A DNA stretch of 54,541 nt, counting the filler, from Bipalium vagum (Eukaryota): assembly GCA_037834085.1 (NCBI GenBank). It is 2 parts of 2 records of this genome, joined end to end, with 100 filler letters (N's around TTAATTAATTAA, not from the genome) between each part and the next. Parts side by side here need not be neighbours in the genome. Positions count along the whole stretch, not along the records: positions 24,557 to 54,541 come from JBBMKC010010714.1; 1 more part is not named here. One strand, given 5' to 3'. Made by a program: the position numbers and the translations under genes. Numbering within the stretch: the stretch's first letter is position 1; every line of letters starts with the position of its first letter. The notes under the pieces are model-generated. The model was not told the DNA's origin, did no database searches, and saw only the letters and a program-made list of their open reading frames with translations. Positions 50,044-54,541 of this stretch are shown here, in pieces.

Positions 50044-50622
50044 TCAGAGCAATTTTTCAACAGTTTTTACTATTTCAAGAACAGTAGATTGTCCCTCGTC
50101 AGGATTGTTGTTAGGACATTCGAGATCCCAATCACTCCATTTATCTAAACCGAGCTCCGTCTCACAATCATCAATGCCTTCGGTATATGTCCAACCCCGA
50201 TGACGACGTACGTCGTCTAAAGCGAATATTCTTAAAATTATAACTTTACCTCTTCCATAATTGTTGATAAAATAATCAATATCAGTAAGTCTTCTTGCAG
50301 CTATAACTACTACAACTTTCATATTCTTTTTCGGATCTAAAGTTGAAATAGCATATCTGCAAAATATACCGGGGTCTTTCTTTCGTTGTTCTTCTCCCCA
50401 CTTAACCATTTCAGCTCGATAGATTTCCTTGTAAGGTCCTGAAGATATAAGATCTTCATATTTTAAATTATTTTTTTGGGCATAAACCTCTTTAATATAT
50501 GAACTTAAATGAATAGTGGCTGTGCCGATATTTTTATCATTCAAATGCTTCTCCAATTCACAAGCAATAAAATCTTTTCCCGATTTTCGCTTACCGGTTA
50601 GGAGAATGTACAATGTTGACAT
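50044..50622 (-). CDS. PMVK: Phosphomevalonate kinase (animal type), single exon
   Basis: TGKRKSGKDF P-loop, GPYKEIYRAEMVKWGEEQRKKDPGIFCR and RGW...GIDDCETELGLD; 192 aa. Confidence 0.96.
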   Translation of the reverse strand: MSTLYILLTGKRKSGKDFIACELEKHLNDKNIGTATIHLSSYIKEVYAQKNNLKYEDLISSGPYKEIYRAEMVKWGEEQRKKDPGIFCRYAISTLDPKKNMKVVVVIAARRLTDIDYFINNYGRGKVIILRIFALDDVRRHRGWTYTEGIDDCETELGLDKWSDWDLECPNNNPDEGQSTVLEIVKTVEKLL

Positions 50623-51371
50623 GAAATAAAATTAAATCATTTAACAATATCTTTTAAATAAGATATGAAAATTAATAAAACAAACTAATATTGTTTATTA
50701 AAAAGAATCATTAAGTACTTTATGTTATTAATATCGATAGATTATTCTTAGAAAATAGTCCTTATTAATTTAAAATAAATTTAAAAACCCTTTTTAAATA
50801 AAATTTCATTTTTATTTTAAATAATTTTTCTAGTAAATATTAAAGATTTTTTAAATATTGAAAAAATTTAGAAAATAATTTTTTTAAAGTATACTTGTGT
50901 TTTGGTTCTAGAAAAATGCTGTTATGCAAATCTAGAATGCAAAGTTAGAAATGTATATAAAATTCGTCTTTTCGTTCCAAAATGATAGAAGTATCGTAGT
51001 AAAATTTATTATTTATATTAAACAATAGACAAGAAATATATTTACTGACAAGAATGTTTATTGATAAAACTTTAACAACATAAATATATATTAATCAGTC
51101 ATTCATCATGATCACAGTAAACATTGTTATATATATTTGACTCTTTTTCAAGATGGGCTTTTCGACACAAAAGGATTTAGGCGTATATCTTGATTAAACC
51201 ATTAAAAATTCTATAATCAGCAATTGTCTAATTTTAGCTTCTAATCCTTTATATATTTCGCAATAGTGGACCAAAATATTTTCTAATTATCTCTTGAACT
51301 TTAAACATATTTCCATTATTGAATCACTTTCTATAAATAAATGACCAAAGGCACATAAACCGATAGTGGCA

Positions 51372-51404
51372 ATTAATAAAATAATAATAATAATAATAAT
51401 AATA
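51372..51404. repeat. (AAT)n microsatellite
   Basis: Direct tandem repeat. Confidence 0.9.
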
Positions 51405-51405
51405 G

Positions 51406-52095
51406 TGTAACAATTAATCTTGAAAATTTTTGGTGATCAAATTTTAACGAGTGATGAATCGAAGTCGCGGCGCTGAGACTTTGATGTATTCAATTGATGT
51501 AGGGGCATTGAAGTAATTTGATGAGGATCATGACGAATAAGCTCCGTCTCCGGAGTGATCGCTTTGCTCCTTTGTCTAACTTTGTCTCGGCGTAGAGGGA
51601 ACCCAGAAAGCTTGGGAGTCCCTAGGTGACCTGAAAATGACTTAGAGGACGACCCGGGAACCCCTTGTCGCTCCTGGTGAGAGCATCTTTAATTTTGTTT
51701 AATTTTATTTATTTTTATGATTAACAAAAACTTCATTTTACTCATCTTGAATTTGTGATTTTGGATTATTTGTGTTTGTTTTTCTTTGATTTTAAGATAA
51801 TTGAACGGTTTTGATTTTGAGACATAAGGACTATTATTGATTATTAATTTTTAGATCTTTGACGATTTTGATTGTGAATTTACGACGAGTGTATTGTTTT
51901 GCAGTATTCAATAAAGTTTTATCGTGATCGTTTTGATTCAATTTTAGCGTGCGAATAAGGTATTATTGTGGGAGTTTTGATTCACTTAGAGTGTAAATTT
52001 GTATCGCTACAATAGTAAAACGTGCACAATATTGCATAGTCAGAGTTGTTGATTTGCGTGCGAAGGTTACTTTGTTTATGTATAATAGTAACAAA
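51406..52095 (+). repeat. Interspersed repeat / possible solo LTR, copy 2, internally shorter
   Basis: Begins TGTAACAATTAATC right after (AAT)n. Reverse complement of 4187-5200, lacking ~4675-5015. Confidence 0.8.
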
Positions 52096-52099
52096 TGTA

Positions 52100-53400
52100 T
52101 TAATTCATCAGCCAATCCTAAGTCATCTTTTATTGTTTTTAAGTGAAACATGTAGCTGCGTCGCTGGAACCACTTTATGAATCATTAATCACGATCGATT
52201 TTCCAAAATTTCGACTAATTCTTCTTCGTTCAATGGACGATCTTATAATATTTCTTCGATATCTTAAATATCAAAATCATCGAGTATTCCGCACCAATTC
52301 CACGAAAAATGTTAATTGTCTTTTTGTATTCGTCTTCTATTGGTGATACAAATTTTCTCCAGAGACTATCTCTGACCACAGATTTTTCCAATAAGCATTT
52401 AAAATTAATTTTTTATTTCTATAATAGATGCAGAAACCATATCGATGCAATTTCAAATATCTTTTTTTTCCAAGTTTTTGAAACTGTTAAATTCTCACTC
52501 TTATTGATATCAATTAATATTCTTTCAACTGTTCGACGAATATAATACACTATAAATGTTGAAAATATTCATTGGTCCTAAGGCTGCATTATAGGCGTAG
52601 TTTTTGGTGGTAAAAATAATATTTCCACATTGGATTTTCTAAATCGAGTGAATGTCTTGATGCGTTGTTCAGTATCAGCAGAATTTTGAAATCAAGATTT
52701 TTCTTCCTCATACAGGCTTTTGCATCATGTATAAAATATTTGTAAAATCAATCTTTAAAAACAATGGATGGCCTTTGTCTTGCATTCCAATAAACAGATA
52801 AATTTGTTTTGTCAAATCCTTTCAGTGCTCAAGGGCATAAAGACCGATTAATAAACAAAGGCTTCATCATCAGATCTCCAAAGTATTAGAAAATAAGAGT
52901 ATAGATATTCTTTCTTTCGTCATCTAAATTCCTTTGTATGTTTTTAATTTTTTAATATATAAGTTGGATGTGGCATCTTTTTCCAACATAATTCAGTTTC
53001 ATCCACATTGCATACCTGGTGTGTAGCCCTTATTTTGCATAATTTCAACAAAATCTGAAGTAAATCTTTGGACAGACTCGTTATCAGCCGAGACAATTTC
53101 AACCCAAATTTTCATGTTATGCAATGAAAATCTTTTTAAAAATTTTTTTAATCACCTATTTGCTAACAGCGAAATCTTAAGGTCATTGTTGATCTTCTGA
53201 TAATTGTTCAAGTCTCTTTAAATTATCATATATCATCAGTGCTCTATTTTGAACAATGTTATTTACTTTTAATATTTATTTATTTAATTTAAAATCTGCC
53301 AATCTTCTCGAAAATTAAAACAACTTCAATTATGGTTAATTAAGTATAAACAATTATTTTTTAATTTTTTATTATCTCATAACATAGTTTCATGTCTTTT
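52100..53400 (-). mobile_element. pogo/Tigger-like transposase remnant
   Basis: Minus-strand GYTP...NVDETELCWKKMP and a decayed QPxDQ motif near 52580. Confidence 0.7.
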
Positions 53401-54466
53401 TTTTCAAAAAACAGCAATTACTGTCTTGCCAATCAAATGTTCATCATGAACACTTTTCCAAAAATAAATTTCTTCATTAACGAATCAAGCCCCATGTGAT
53501 TGATATCTGGGCGGCTCGTTCCTGAAAGGCCAAGACTAGTCTTCGCTTATATTTAAGAATTATAGCACAAAAATGTCATTAGTACTTTTTATTTTATATG
53601 TATTAAGCACCAAATTATTTCTAGAAATCATATATTTCTTTCTTTGGGTGTCTTATTCTTTCAGAATCGTGCTAATTATACTTTTATAAAAATATTCATA
53701 GTCGTACATTGGTTAAAAACACAATAATTAAATAAAATTATTAAAAACTCATTACAATCGATTTTTATAATTCAATCAAAATCCTATGAATGTGTATTGA
53801 ATTGCTGCTCACCGGTTGTTTTGCTTATCCTCATATCTCCAAGTCTTCTTAAAGATTTGGTAGGTTTTTTTACCCGGAAATAGATTTGAAGTAATTTTTA
53901 AAATTATATAAAACAGGAAGTCATTAAACTTTATTTATAACTATTTATCAACATGTGTATGTTTGTGTAATGATAAAAATGGTTTTAACACACTTTATAT
54001 AGAAGTTTAGTTTTTGCTGAAATTTAAAAGTTATTATAATTCATTGTTAACATTCTATTTCAAAAAGGAAATACATAAAATGTTAATCTAATTTTAGAAC
54101 TCAACTGACTCTTCACTACAGTTACTCGTTGAGTTCCTTATACCCAAGATAATTCAACACAAAAATCACAATGAGTCTTATTAACTAATACAAGTTTGCC
54201 AATAAATCCAGTTATTCTCACATATTGATCAAGCAAGATCAATAATCATTATCCAATAATGTACATGTATTGACAAAAAAAATAATTAAAAAAAGCAAAC
54301 AAGAGACAGTTATTTAAAGGACAAAGAGAATGAAATATGAGATAAATAAAATGTAGGTCACTGACAGAACGAGAAACTCAAATTCATCTGTAACTCGCTA
54401 TTTTAAAATGCAAAAATTCATTAAAAATTATCCTATCCACTTATGCATTTCCGAAACAGAATGCAT

Positions 54467-54474
54467 TATTATTA

Positions 54475-54541
<67 letters not shown>
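54467..54541. repeat. (ATT)n microsatellite running to the window end
   Basis: Direct tandem repeat. Confidence 0.97.

Noticed and set aside
1-54541. CRISPR arrays, rRNA, tRNA or prokaryotic operons
   Set aside because: No repeat-spacer array or recognisable structural RNA was seen, and the gene content is metazoan and spliced.

Overview
AT-rich metazoan nuclear DNA with GT-AG introns, many only 38-70 bp. An invertebrate such as a flatworm is plausible, but that is inference. An artificial N-TTAATTAATTAA-N join lies at 24457-24555. Left of the join are a decayed Ty3/Gypsy element with its 3' LTR, an intron-retaining torsin pseudogene, and a cluster of uncharacterised two-exon secreted-protein genes (signal peptide + PAN/apple-like Cys domain + ~180-200 aa second domain). 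The cluster is arranged as a mirror image, B'<-A'<- | ->A ->B. A and A' have nearly identical promoters and exon 1 but strongly diverged exon 2, and B sits between long inverted arms of mariner debris. Right of the join are the COR-kinase-WD40 half of an LRRK/Roco kinase gene (14 phase-consistent exons plus an uncertain last one), a divergent intronless GAR1-like gene, an intronless DEG/ENaC channel and an animal-type phosphomevalonate kinase. Fossils of mariner, Tc1/maT, pogo, hAT, Merlin, Penelope and MITEs fill introns and spacers. All alignments and identities were judged by eye.
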